Positions 11,901-25,061 of a stretch of DNA of 64,000 nt are shown one piece after another. The first letter of the stretch is position 1. Each line of letters starts with the position of its first letter. This DNA comes from Vitrella brassicaformis CCMP3155 (taxonomy: Eukaryota > Protista > Chromerida), in assembly GCA_001179505.1 (NCBI GenBank), contig CDMY01000170.1, positions 1 through 64,000 on the forward strand, given 5' to 3'. The position numbers were made by a program, and so were the translations under genes. The notes beneath the pieces are model-generated. The model did not search any database. It worked only from the letters and a program-made list of their open reading frames with translations, and had not been told where the DNA came from.

Positions 11901-14900
11901 AAGGGGCACCGTGAGAGTCTCCTGCACGTCGCTGTCTACGTCCTCGGCGACACTGATCCGTCTGCCGAGCAGGGAGCGGATCGTGTGGTAGGAGTAGGCA
12001 AGCCAGTGGACCGTGACGGACGCAATTCGAGTCGAGGCAGGTATAATCGCATTGAAGGATGCACGCACGAGCGAGTGGATCAGCTGGAGCATCGCGTGGC
12101 CCCAGTTGCTGTTGGACAGATGAGCTGCCGACCGCACGAGGCTGGAGTAGACGTGAGAAATGTCTCCTATCGTCAGGGGTGGTTCGTGCAGCTGCAGCAT
12201 CACCCCTTTGGAGAGCAGGCGATGATGAACGGCAGATCCCCCGGCAGACATCGCAGCGACAAATCTCACTCCGTCCACCTTCTTGTAGGCTGACGCGAAG
12301 ATCTCACAAAGAGACGGCTCCATGCCGGCCGTGTCTCTGCATCCATTGCCGCTACCGCTGCTAGACGATGACGTGCTCCCCTCCTCACGGGGAGGCAAGT
12401 CAGTCATGAACGAGGCAGTGGACTCCCACACACTTGGACGCCGGCTCATGTAGCCACTCGTCTCGACAAACTGACGGATCCACTCGCTGCTTTCGCTACC
12501 AGGCTGGTCGATGGAGAGATCGTCAATCATCACCGCTAGCGTCTGTTTCAGCGGAGGCGACCACACCTCCTTCGCCGATATGTCTTCGCTCTTGAGCGTC
12601 AGGTGGCTTTCGATCTGTCTCTCCATGCGTGCAGCAGACAGGGGTCGTTTGTCAGACACGAGAGTTGGAATGACGGCTGGGTGGCTCTTTGGCATGCACA
12701 CGGAGCCGACAATAGCCGGGTCGCCGCTCTTGCGCGCCTCACTTGGGTCCATCAGAGGAGGAATGATCCCTCGCGCTGTGTGCCGGCCACCATGCTGCCA
12801 GTCGTAGGCAAGATGCCTTAGCAGGGTCGATTTGCCGCTGAACGCTGGCCCAATTATCAGTGCTGGGTGCCTGTTGAGACAGGGAAGGCAAAGCTGAAGC
12901 AGAATGTGGACACGGATGATCGATGGGGTGGAGAGCAGGAGCCGATTCGTGAAAGCAAGATCCGCGTACTCCGAATCGTGCCCGTCCCATGGCCTCCATT
13001 GGCTGGCAGAGATGGTTTGCGTGTCGTCGTGGCTGTCAGCGGCCTTGTCTCTTACATGATACTCCCACACGAAAGTGTACCTCCCACCCTCGCTCTCCAT
13101 CGGCGGATTCTCAATCTTCGTTGACAATGGGGGCAAGAACACACTTCTGAAAGCGTCAACTGTCAGAGAGTCGGTCTTCTCTGTTTTTGCTGTCTCGGCT
13201 TCGACATGGATGCTCCCGTTAAGTTTGGTGCTGTCGATCTCCTCGATAATCTCCCAGAAATGGTCCCAATTTGTCTTTGGCTGCGCTGATGAAAGAACTT
13301 GTGTGTACGGTAGGCCAGCTGACATTGCCATGTTCTTAGTGAAAGCCTGCTGGGGAGCTTCTTTCGCCATCCAGACGAGAAGCCGCATGTAGCTGTCAAT
13401 GGCGCGTGCTGTGCTGAACGGGGGACCCGTAATTTCCATCGGCTGCAGCGAGGATGGTGAAGGCAGCTCAGGCTCTTCAGGTCCTTCTGATGGCTGCCGC
13501 TCTCCGTCTTCGGCTTCTTTGTGCTCGTTTTCCTCTCCATGGCCATGCACTTCTTGCTCTTCTGTCTCGTCCATTTCTCGAACGTCTTGCACTTCCTCTT
13601 GCGTCTTCTCCGTAGCTTGGCCCTTGTCTTGTTCTGTGTCAACCTCCCCTTCTCCCTCTGTGGGCCCCTCTGCTAGCACCTCTGCTGTCTCATCCGCTAA
13701 CTCCACTGACGATGCTGCGGGGGACGGAGTGGCATATCGCAGCACTGTCTCCTCTCTGTGAACAGACCTCTCCGGACGGATCACGCTGAAGATGGCCTGG
13801 GAGGCCGCAAAGAGGAGTTGCTTCTCAATGGTATGGCGGACGGTCTCCAGCTCTCTCCTTATTCGGGCCTTGACCCGCAGGCGCTGCTCCTTTTCGGCCT
13901 CCTCGCTTGACGCCGCCCCCTCAGTCGCGGGCAGAGAGACGCTCAGCTCCTCCACTCTTGCAAGCGTCGCCAGCCATTGGGTGGAGAGGCCGGCAATGGC
14001 GCTCGAGTACAAGTTGCTGATGATCGACACTCCTTGTGCGCCGCCGGCCCATGTGTGGAAGCCCTTGCCGAGGATTCTCATGAGCGGTGGGTCTTGCTTG
14101 GTGAGGATGTGATCGATCAGCCGAATGCATGGCTGCAGGATGGTACTGGTGAAATGCAGGACCAGAGGGCGAAAGACGAAGGAGGGCTGCAGCTCACGGG
14201 AGACACACGAGACGATGCGGCCGGTGCAGTCTTCTGCGCTGGGGGTAAGTGAGAGAATTCCCAGCCGACCACACAGCTGGTGACATCAGAAAAAGGAGAT
14301 AGACACTCATCCACAGCACTTCCACATGTGCTTACAAGAGCAGGTGACGCATTGGCGAGGTCAGTCGTTTCGAACAGCAGCCGAACCTTCTTGATCCAAT
14401 CCCCTCTCGCATTGACGCTGCCGTCACTGGACAGCTTGATCATCTCATCAGCCGACGGCAGGATTCCGTCACTGATGCCCTGGCCACCTCCAATCGACGA
14501 CGCCTTCAAAGACTGCCCTGTCTCCATCCTCGACGGGCCTTTGGCGAGCATGGAAGCTTGTGCACAGAATTGGCTGGCCCTGCGGCCCATTCTGCCACCT
14601 CCGTCCCATGCTGAGGTGCTCTGTCTTCTATGCTGGCGATCGGTCTTGTGCTTGTCTGTGTCTTCGGATGGCTCGTCAAGTTGCGACTGGATGCGGTCGA
14701 GCAGGCGGGAATAATGTGACGCCTCTGGCGCGTCACATGAAGGAAGAGCCCCATCAAGGGATAGCCAGCACTGGTGCTGCAGCCTGGCAGATGCGATGCG
14801 CTCGGCAAAGGGGGTCATAGCAATGAACTGCTGCCGAAATCTCCGTTTGGCCTCGGACGCTTGAGCCGCTTCCCTCCTCTGCAGCGCCGACATCATGCTA

Positions 14901-17900
14901 GTGCCGCTGCGGGTTATCATCCTTGCGGCCCTGTCGCCCTCTCCCCCAGTATGCTGCCGTTCTGGCGCTCTTTGCGGCACTGGCGGGCATTCGATCGACA
15001 GCAGGTCATCTTGCCACTGGTCGTAGCTGCGGAAGTTGTGAACCAGCGGCTCGACGAGCTCCAGATAGTCAGCAATGACCTGCTTCAGACCCTCATGCAG
15101 TCCTGTTGGCTGAGGCATTGGCGGCTTGGTCTTGTCGGCCGTCTGGTAGTGTGTGACGATCTTGCCCGCGACGAAATCTCTGTGGGACGTGGCCTGCAGG
15201 TAGCTGGTGATGAACCGGATCTGGTTGAGGATGGACGGGAGGATGGATGGTGCTGCAGCGTGGGTGCGCGCGCGCAACGATCCTGCACCGCTGCCCGCCT
15301 CAGTCAGCGTCACCAGGGTGCGTTCGTCACCAGAGAGCTCCTTGTGTGTGTAGAGGTTCGGGAATGATCGCCACAGCGACACCCCTCCTGTCCTGACTGC
15401 AGCTGGAGAGACATGGGGGCTCTTGTCGGCCTCTTGCGTGTCTTCGTGGGGCGGCGTGGGTGCGATGGAGAGCACTGACTGTCGTGCTGGGCGCATGGCC
15501 TTCTTCCGAAGCACACCTTCAGCGGCATACATGACGCTCTCGAGGAACAGCTGATGCAGCCTGTTAATCGCCATGGCCAGCACAGTCATCACAGTCGACT
15601 TGCCGACGGACGACGACCCGACGATAATGACACCGGCTTTTGTCTCCGTCCACTCGGCGAGCGACAGGCACCTCTGGACGAGCACAGGGGACACGACGAG
15701 GCCGAGACTGCTGATGACGTCGGGCAGGATGTCGGCCAGGGCTTGCATCTTAGCAGACACCAGGGACACGGGCTCTGGATCGACGGCTGTTGCTGGCGGT
15801 GTCTCGATCTCTGCGGGGAGGGAAGCGTGCAGAGCTCGTTTCTTCTCGAGAATCCCCACAGTCACGTCCGTTGTCTGCGCCAAGACCCCGTCCAGATACG
15901 CCTTCACTTCGTCGGCTTTATTCTCCATTGTCGCGTTAGTCACGAACATCAGGGCTGCTCTCAGTGCATCCATCTCCCTTAGATACTCCACACTCTCGGA
16001 GACCACAGCAGGTGTGGAGTTCAGATACATCATCTGCTTGTCTCGTGCTGCCTGATCAATGACGATGCGGGCCGCTTGCTGACGCAGCTGCCCCTCTCGG
16101 AAATAAAGGCCTCTGTCATCGAAAGTCTCGAAGAAGGCGATCACATCGCTTGGAAAGCGTTGACACGCCGTCGGTGTGAAGCCTTTCTGACTCATCATGA
16201 GCTCGAGGACGGCATACGGGGCGGGTGAAACAGTGGTGACGTTGCGGAATGCCTCGCTGAGTGTGGTTGGCACGTCGCGTCGGGCTGACGACACCGATGT
16301 GCAAGCAACAATGGTCCACGGGTTGAGGGGCACTCGTGACTCGCCAGTCACAAACGGGATGTCCACCTCCCTCTCCTCACGGATGCTGGCCACGCGCACC
16401 GCATCCAGTGCCTGAGTGACGGCGGTACATGTGGCCGGCTGCAGTAGATGGCTGTCTTGCAAGACGAACATGCCGCCCATCTGCACAGCAGCCGACAGCA
16501 GCCGACAAAAGTCTGCCGCAGGGGCCAGAGACGGAACTGAGAGAAGCAGGCGCCCGATCAGCTGCGAGATCTCTTTGAGTGCCTGGCAGTCTCCCTCCGA
16601 CATGAAGTGCGGCAGGTGTCGAGAGTGAATGGAATAGAAGAATGCCCTGTGTGGTGCCGTGTGGGAAGTCGACGGGATGAAGTCACATGCTTCAGGGAGC
16701 AGCTCGAAGCCATACAGCATCTAAGACAATAACGTGTACACAGTAGCATGGGATGTATTTGATTGTTGCGCGTTATCTGCAACACACCTTAGTGGGATAG
16801 ACGGCCACGACGATGGCCTCCAGTAGCGTGTCCTCCTCCCTCTCCGCTTCTGAAGCCTCCTCCGCTGCCTCCTGCATGTCCCACGACCGAGACATGGCCC
16901 GAGTGAAACACCTGCTGGTCAGTCGAGACAAGGCACGGACGGACACAGGAGCTGGTTTTTGATGATGGTCCTGCTGCTGCTGAGCTTCCTCTGTGTCATG
17001 GCTGGAGCTGTCGTCGTCAGGAGGGCCAGTGCTCACATGCTTTCCTTGGGATGGGGACGATGGAGCTTCAAGAATGCCCAGGGCGGCTTTTGGCTTCGCC
17101 TTTGGCTTGGGCTTCCTGTCCGCCTGTGGCTGCAGGAGGCCTGCAGTGCTAGGAGGCAGCCTATCGGGGACATTTTCCTCAGCCCTCTCGTCCAAACAGT
17201 AGACACGGAAGCATGACAGCCACTCAAAGGCGCCAAGCCCGCCCGTCTCCGCGAGAGGCAGCAGCTCACTGGTCGTGTCTTTGAGACCGGTGAAGAGACC
17301 GATCATATGCTCCATCTTGCGACACAAGAGCTCTTGGCCCCTCGTCAGTGGCGCGGCCACATGAACCTCCGCAGCCGCTTGTGCGCCCTCTTGCGGTGGC
17401 GCCTGTGTCGTCACGATCGACCTGGAGCGGCCGACGGTATCCGTGACCGCCTTTGCCTGTGGGGTCTTGTACATGATGCTCTTGCGGATAGTGGGACGTC
17501 TCGTGCGCTTCGCAGTCTTGGGCTTGCTGGGCCACCGAAGGGATCTGAGCTGATGAATGAGCTCTTGCAGGACGCTACTCATGTGGCTCTGCACAACGGA
17601 CAGTCCCTCCTTCTCCATCAGTGTCTCGCGAGTCTTGATGTCCGTTGTCAGCCCGCTGACCACTAGAGCTCTCTCCACCTCCCCCGTCCAATGGGCCATC
17701 ACTGCAATCAGAATGACCTGCCACGGATGGCTGCATATCGCCTTCAGCAGCGCGCTCCGCTGCATAGCTGCCGCAACGTCGCCCGCGCGCTCTTTGATTC
17801 TCTCCTGGAGTTCCATCAGCTTTGTGAGACACGTGACGACGGCCGTCTTGAGATTCTGCTTGATAGAGTCGTCGATTTTTCCCATCATGTCGGTCACGCT

Positions 17901-20900
17901 GGCAGGCTTGGGAGTGACTGACAAGAATGGCGATGCGGGGAGGGTGATCTTGCGCGTCAGGAAGAGGGTGTCCGAGCAAGTAGTGAATATCTGTGTCACA
18001 CTGAGGCGCGTCTCGTCCATGGAGCTGTCGTCATCGCTGTCCTCTTCTAGCTTGACACCCCGAATGCCCGGGAAGCAGCAAGCGATGACTCGAAAGAAGA
18101 CCGGCCACTGGCAAGCGGAGAATGAGGTAAACAGAGTATGTAGGGCCTCATCAGATGGTAGCAGCAGGCGGGGGTGGTCTCGGCGTTGCGATTCCAGGCG
18201 GTCGAGGAGTATTGTTCGGATGCTATTAATCTCTTGCAGCGCCACCCGAGCGTTGACCGTCCAGTTTTCGATCGCTGGGTGCTTGAAGGGGGAAGGATTG
18301 ACTTGAGACATTGCCTGATGCTGCAGAGAACACACAAAGAAAAGTGGCTCTTTCCGTCTTCCTCCTGTGTCAACTCTCACCTGTCTGAACAGACCATCGA
18401 CCTTCCTGAATCGGTCAATCACTGTCCTGCCGAGCAACCTCCCAACCAGACTCGTCTGAGCATCTCTTAGCTGTTGGATTGTCTCGGTACTCATCCCATC
18501 CGGACCAATCGCCAGCAAATATTGCAGATACAGCGGCATGGCCTGGACCCACATTCGCAAGAAGTCTGTCGATATCTCCAGTCGGTGTACGACATACGCC
18601 AGTCGGTCGGCGAAGAAGTGGGCATGGCCTGACTGTCGCAAGCCCTCACACACTCCAATCAGATGGTTATATTTGCCCAAGAGGGATACGCCGTTTGTGA
18701 GCAGCAGGACTGTCGGCAAGAGTCCAGACTCCTCCCCGCCTTCAAGCTCCATATCAGTCTCAGTAACTGATCGAGATGGGCCACGAGAGACACTCCTGCT
18801 GGTCAGGCGCTCGTCAGCCAGACCGTCCGCGGCCGAGACAATGGCGCACATGCTGATCTCCACTTTGCCGGCAGCGGCGTGCTGCTCGATCTGCATCAGG
18901 CATTTCTCTGCCCACAGCTCCTTGGCGCTTCTCTCGGTGAGCCTCTGTAGAAAGACGACCCTCGGAGGCACATGGAATCGATACACGAGCATCTGCGCCA
19001 GCGTCAAGTGGTCGGGATTGAGCTCCTCTTTGACCAGTCTCGATAAGACGGACCAGTGGCGCGCGAGGAATCCCTTGAAGCGCAGGCACGCGATGAGGGG
19101 CAGGAATGCCTCAAGCTCTTTGAGCTTGTCAAGCGTATTGCGCGCCGCGCGTGAAGGAATGGGAGCGCTGGTGAATGCCATCTTGAGGCAGCGCTCCGTG
19201 ATTGTTCGCCACGAGGCGAGGGTATCCTGGCACTCCTCGAGAGTCAGGCTGGTCAGCGGCCCATGACACCACAGTGTCTCGGCGCTGTACGCCTGCTGAG
19301 CTGACGTCCAGAAGTCTAGGTACGGCTGGAGTGTCTTCCATGCTGTCTCCATCTCCAGTGGAGATTTTGTCTGCGGGACGCCCAATGCCAGCTGTCTTGT
19401 GACGAAGGTTTCATACATGTCTTGGCATTTGTCAAGGTCGTCCTTCACCCGATTCACGCCGTCTAGTGTCTTGTCGACCGTATCGGCGTCCAATGGCTTT
19501 GTGCCGCTTGGTCCGACTGATTTGAGCTCTCGGATGGCATCCAGTGACGCCGCAATCGCTCGGTTCAGGGAAGTGTGGTCATACTCGAGCTGGTACGTGA
19601 AGAGCTGCCGGCGAGAAATCAGGTCGACCTGTACGAAAGGGAAGGAGGGAAGGAATGCGAGGTAAAGAGGCAGCTATGCGCTGTCGATCACCTGCTTGCG
19701 TTGGGCGAGCATCCTCAGCTTGTTCGGCGAGCCCTTCAGCATCACGTGCTTGATGTGCACAGACATGTCTACCTTGATCATGCGGGTCTCTGAAACGACG
19801 AAAGAGGACCACGATATCCCGCATGAGTTGCCAGTGCACAAGGCTCACCGACCGAAAAAGTCGTAGATTGTCCTTGCGTGCTGCACCAGAGTGTCCAAGA
19901 AGAGCCCCTCTCCACCTGTCTCATAAAGCTCTCGAACCTTCTCGTATTGCCTCGCCAACGTCTCGATGCTCGTCACGTCGTCCTCCAGCCTGCAACAGAA
20001 GTAGACCATCATCTGCCCATCCTGCATCGCTGGCAACCTGTCTTATGGCTCACATGCTCACATGAGGGACAGCGCATCGAAGCGATCCAAGACATAATCC
20101 GATAAGGAAGAGAACTCCTCAACGATAAAGGAAGACAGACTCCTGAGCCGCTCGTCCGCGTGCGCAATGAGTCTGAGCCTGGCGTTCTGACAGTTGACGG
20201 CGAATAGGCTCAGGTGCACTGTTGATGCTGAGCAGCCTATGATGGCATCTTTTTGCTCCACAAGGCTGTCGTACTCGGCCATCAGAGTGCCTATCTCTTC
20301 GTTACTGAGGTAGATGCGCTGTGTCAGTTTTGTTTCGTCCACTCGAATGAACTTAGGGAGCTTAATCGCGTCGTAGCCCTCCTGTCGGGTGTGCACCTGC
20401 AAGCGCAAGAGACATATATGCTATTATGGATAAACATTCCCTGTCAGCATCATACCGGTATAATCTTGACCCGCAGCGAAACTTCTTGTTTCAGGGCGTC
20501 CAGCCACGCCTTCTCTTGCTGTTCAAGAGCCTCTTGTTCCAGCAGCTTCGCCTCCTCATCACCGCTGCTCTCCTCTTCCTCCTCTTCGCTCTCGCCGCTG
20601 ACTTCACTGCCTTCTTCCTGTTCATCGACTGCATACTCATGTATTTCGACCTCCTGAAAGCCGACCCCTCTTCGTGCATGCTCGTCCTCTGCCGGTGGCT
20701 GGTCATCTGGCGCCGGCTCTTCTGGCGGCTCAGTTGTTGATTCTGGCTCTTGTTCGCGTGTCTCGTGGATAAGTGGGATGTCATGCGTCTCCCGATACCA
20801 CCGGCTGATGTACTTTTCGATCACCTCGTGGAACAGCTCCCTCACTTTTTTCTCCGTGTGAGGTCGCCGCTCTGCCTCGAGCATCCGTATGGCCTCTGCT

Positions 20901-23900
20901 TCTTCGCTGGTCGTGTCCATTGCCGTTTGTGTCGTGTCTCGTCTGATAGAGAACTGCCTTTTCACGTGCGCTGTGTAGTCCTGGGACAGAGGGAGGCCCA
21001 GTTTCTGCTCGAGGATGGATGACAAAAGCTCCGGGTTTGTTCGAGAGTACATCGAGGGGTTGGACAGGATGAAGTTGGAGTCGTCGAGGTAGCTCTCGAG
21101 GGCGTCTTCATACAGAGTCTCCAGCGCCTCCATTCGCCGGATGTCGAGCAGCAGTTGTGACGCGAATGCCTCTGACGTGCCGATCAAGAGCGAAGAGAAG
21201 CGGCAGTAGTTGTTTCTGAGGGCTCTGACTGGCATGAGTCCATGCTCCAGCATCGACTTCACTCCTTTGAGGATCGCCTGCAATTCTGAATCGTACAGGT
21301 CGCTGGATGGGAAGTGCTGACAGTCCTCGGGCAGATCCGTTACATACCTGAATGACACATGGACAAGAAGCACGTTGAAAGGTCAGAATTACTGTCTGCG
21401 TGACTACCTGAGAATCGACTGGGTGAGGCTCCTCAGTTCATTGACGACATCAAGACAGTGCTGGAAGATGGTGTGCGTCAACGCTTCAACCACCTCCTTC
21501 TCTGTCGGCCGCATAACTAGTCTCTCCTCATCTCTGCCGCCCCTGCTGTCGTCGTCCTCGCTCCGCGCCGTCACCGCGACCGACTGCTTGTCGGCCTCGA
21601 TGGCTGCGGAGCTGTGCGAGTGTGTCTCGCTCTGGCACATCACACTTGTGGCTGCACTTGATGGTGGCTGGAAGGTGATCTTTGGGATCGATGCCTGCTC
21701 AATGACCTCCCCAAACGCGTCGACGGTCACTGTGTCTGTCGCTAGCGAGACCAGGAAAAGGCTGGAAGCTCGCTTGCGATGTAAGGTGATCAGGGCCATC
21801 GGCGAGATTTCTTCACAGAGAGCCGTCTCCTCGCTGATCTGCTCTTGTTGCAGATCCTCATCCCAGCTGTGCCACTTCAAACGGTCGGCAAAGTCAGCGA
21901 AAGACAGCAGCAACAGTCGCTTAAATTGTGCGGCGCCCATCTTGTTGCCCAGCTGAAGACACGCAATCACTTCTGTGGGCACCTCGGAGACCTTGCCCCA
22001 CCGGTCAACGTCCTCCGGATAGGCTTGTGCGACGATGTGCATCGTCTCTTCGATCACCCGCTTGCTCCACAACTCTTCTATTCGGTTGGCGACAGACACT
22101 CGATGCTTCACCTGGGCGGACTCAAACACCGACACCGACAGCGGCATAGAAAAGATGCTTTCAGTGTCGACCGAGCCGTGCTGTGCGTCCTTTATCGACT
22201 GGCGTGGCGGCGAGGGAGGCCGAGAAACGGCTGGTCCGATCGCCTCGGTCGGCAGGCGAATGAATGCGAAGGAGCGGTCTCTTCCGAGGTCGTCAAAGGT
22301 TGTGAGGATTTGCTGTGTGACGGCCAGCAGGGGCGCATGTGCAACCACAAGCCGGCGGCTCAGAATAGGCAAGGCGTGCCGAAATGCCCGTACATCAGGA
22401 AGAGACGGCCGTCGCTTTGGCTGAGCGATCGGTATTGGGGGGAGGAGACGCAGTCGGTGTCTATGCAACACCTCGTTCCAGCGTTGGTCGAGTCGGAAAG
22501 ACAGCTGGCTGTACGCAAAGTACCACTCCACTTGCAGCAGCAAATCAACCAGGTTCCATCGGTAGCTCTCCATCTTCAGATGTGCGCACTCCTCGGCGAG
22601 CGCACTGCCCTCCTCTGCCACAGAGACCGTCTCCACGTCCATCCTTGTGAACTCCCCGGCCTTCTTCTCCCTCTTCTCCGCCAAATCACGCGGTGTCATG
22701 CCCTCGGGACACGAACCATCTCGCTCGTAGAAAAGAGGTCCACTCGGTCGTCTCCTCTCTGGGCTCAAAAACCGTCCGCCAGCATCTTTTCTTGGCCGGA
22801 AGCCGGCACTGTCGAAGCACAGGGATGGCGGTGGGAGTTTGGAAGACACGAGAGATCGAATAACAGAAGGGGATAGGCCGCAGAGCACCGCGATGTTGTG
22901 TAAGCGCGCGAGAGGCAGGCGATACGGCGGCATCACGTGAGTCCACTGATTCTCCGTGATGTACAGATGGCGTCGCAGCCTCTGCTCGGCTTCCTCACGG
23001 CGCGACGCAGCCGCGACCACGTGGGCAGCAAACTCTTGTGGGTCATCTCGCTGAAGCCTGAGCTCCATCCTCGTGACCGACCGCGGCTGCCTCTCGTATT
23101 TATCTCTCCATCTGGCGCCCTCCTCGCCTTGCAGCATCACATACTGGATGAAGGCACTTGTAAGCGGATGGGTGGGAGGCATCAAGACAACTGTTGCCGT
23201 GCCATGGTACGGCTGGACAGAGACTATGTGGCACGGCGTCCATAGCATTTGTGTGATGGGTTCGACGGGCCATGTCTCCGTTACCGATCGGGCTTCGAGC
23301 TTCAAGGGAAGCTGCGTCTCTCCTGCAAATGGGCACACAAGCCATCAACAGACATCTGGATATCCGAATGCTTGATCGATACCTACTTACCGAGTTCGCC
23401 AGTGTGCACGTCATCAAGAGTGGCAAAGGACACGCCCCCCTCGATTTGCGTATCGAAGTACTCTAATGGAAGCCGTGGTCGGCTCTGCAAATCTTCCAGC
23501 AGAGCGTTGAAGCGCAAGGACGAAGGCGGCTCGGCCATCGTCTCTGTCTCAATCTCTGACGCCTCCTCCAGCCGCCCTCTGGCTGTCCTCGCCCTTTCCC
23601 GCTCTCTGAGCACCGTCAGTCCCTTGACAGCAACAGGCGCCCTCTGTGCCAGAGTGATCGACACCGGCGGCGCACGCGAAGACATGGGGCGGGACGATGG
23701 CAGAGGCGAGACGGTGCGGGGGCGAGGGCTGGCCGGCTTACTTTTACTCCGTGCTTTTGGCCTCGCCTGTGGGGTCGTCGACGTCATCCGACGAGGGTAC
23801 CAGACGAGGGGAGGCACCGGGGGGGGCCGCCGTTGATGGCTGCGAGGCCCAGCCGATGCCGACATCGGACGCTGTCTCGTGGCCGCTTTCGGGGGCGCCG

Positions 23901-24827
23901 ATGACGCGCTCGCCGGCCTGCTCCGTGCGAAGGGGGTATGCAGCCCCTCACTGCTGCTGCCCCCATCCGTGAGCACACTCTCCCTCCCGCCCCTCTTAGG
24001 CAGGGGGGTTGGCGTAGTGGTCCTGTCGCTGGCACTGGCTGCTGGCAGCGGGGTGGTGTTGGTCGGCGTGTGCGTCGTCTGGGGAATGAAGGCGGTCGAG
24101 TCATCAAACGATGGCGCGGCTGACGGGGGGCGACGACGGGCCGCTGGGGGTTGTTCCTCCTCCCCTCCCTCTTCCCTTTTACTCGCCCTTCTCGCTTCTT
24201 TCTCCATTTCGTGTAGCTCGGTCATGCCGCTGCCCATCCGCCGTATCTTGATATGATCGAAGGGCAACTTGGCCTGACCAATCTCAACTTTCTCTTCACG
24301 CAGATTTCTTGCCCACGGCATCGGGGGAGGGAACCGTGGATAAGGCGGCGCCTTCGGGGCGGTCTTGGGCCGCTCCCTCGGTGTCTTCATGACCAGCTGA
24401 GGGGGAATGATCACTGCAAACACATAAGACCGATTGAGATGCGCGATTGTGAAGGTTTTCGCTCACCTTTCCGTGGCATCAGCTGAAACCTCCGCCTCAG
24501 TTTGGCTTCGTGAGCCACTTCCCACGGCCGGATGTAACTCGAGGTTTGCAGCACCAGCTCCGGCACATCAACGGCGCTCTCCTCCTCCTCTTCATCGGAC
24601 TCTCGTTTCTCCCTCTCTCTCACCACCTGCAGCTGATCCCTGAGCGTCCTCTCGGCTTTGCAGAGTTCGTTGCAGGCGCGCTGCAGGCGGACGAGGCGGC
24701 TTTTCGCTGGACCGTATCCTCGGAATCGCTCGAGGGTCTTGTCGGCCGGGGGAAGGGAAAGAGCACGGCGATCACTCATCGTCGAGATCTGAGGTTGCTT
24801 GTGACAGCTTCTCCTGGGGGCGTCCAT
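2932..24827 (-). CDS. Giant divergent axonemal dynein heavy chain (DNAH1-like), multi-exon, roughly 6,500-7,000 aa (estimate)
   Basis: Consecutive minus-strand ORFs join through GT-AG introns (checked at 24466/24414, ~19.6-20.4 kb, ~16.78/16.72 kb, ~14.33/14.28 kb, ~9.2 kb). DNAH1-type N-terminal motifs: LPLEYFD and RMELRLQRDDPQEFAAHV..RREEAEQRLRRHLYI. Pre-AAA1: FEWLSCFRVY and YGFELL. AAA1 remnant: PLNPWTIVACT..RRDVPTTLSEAFRNV. P-loops: GSSSVGKS (AAA2), GPAFSGKS with VMIDDL (AAA3), GPAASGKE (AAA4). Stalk/MTBD: KKPKNETKKIVQTTCVALG, DFW, ALYVWCKAI. AAA5: RRWLPPLIYDP, VHPDFRLYL. AAA6: GEALKQGTLVVVHDAHLA. Stop at 2932. Confidence 0.88.
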
Positions 24828-25061
24828 GGGGGCGTCTCATGCATGCAACTTTCTCAACCCAAGGGCACTTGAGGCGGCAACAAAGTGGGCAGCAGCAAAG
24901 ACGAGAACAACGATGGAACCACTTCAGTCTGCGGAACGGGAACAACAGACAGTTGCAATATGGTGAATGAATCAGATCTGTACGCGCATCCATGAGTCAA
25001 CGGTCAACCACAAAACAACGCATCCACTGGCATCCCTCTACGCATCCACAAGCATGGTCAA

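Noticed and set aside
24840-24847. TGCATGCA, a known ApiAP2-bound motif (also at ~61223)
   Set aside because: Only two instances noticed in a TG/CA-rich background; not distinguishable from chance.
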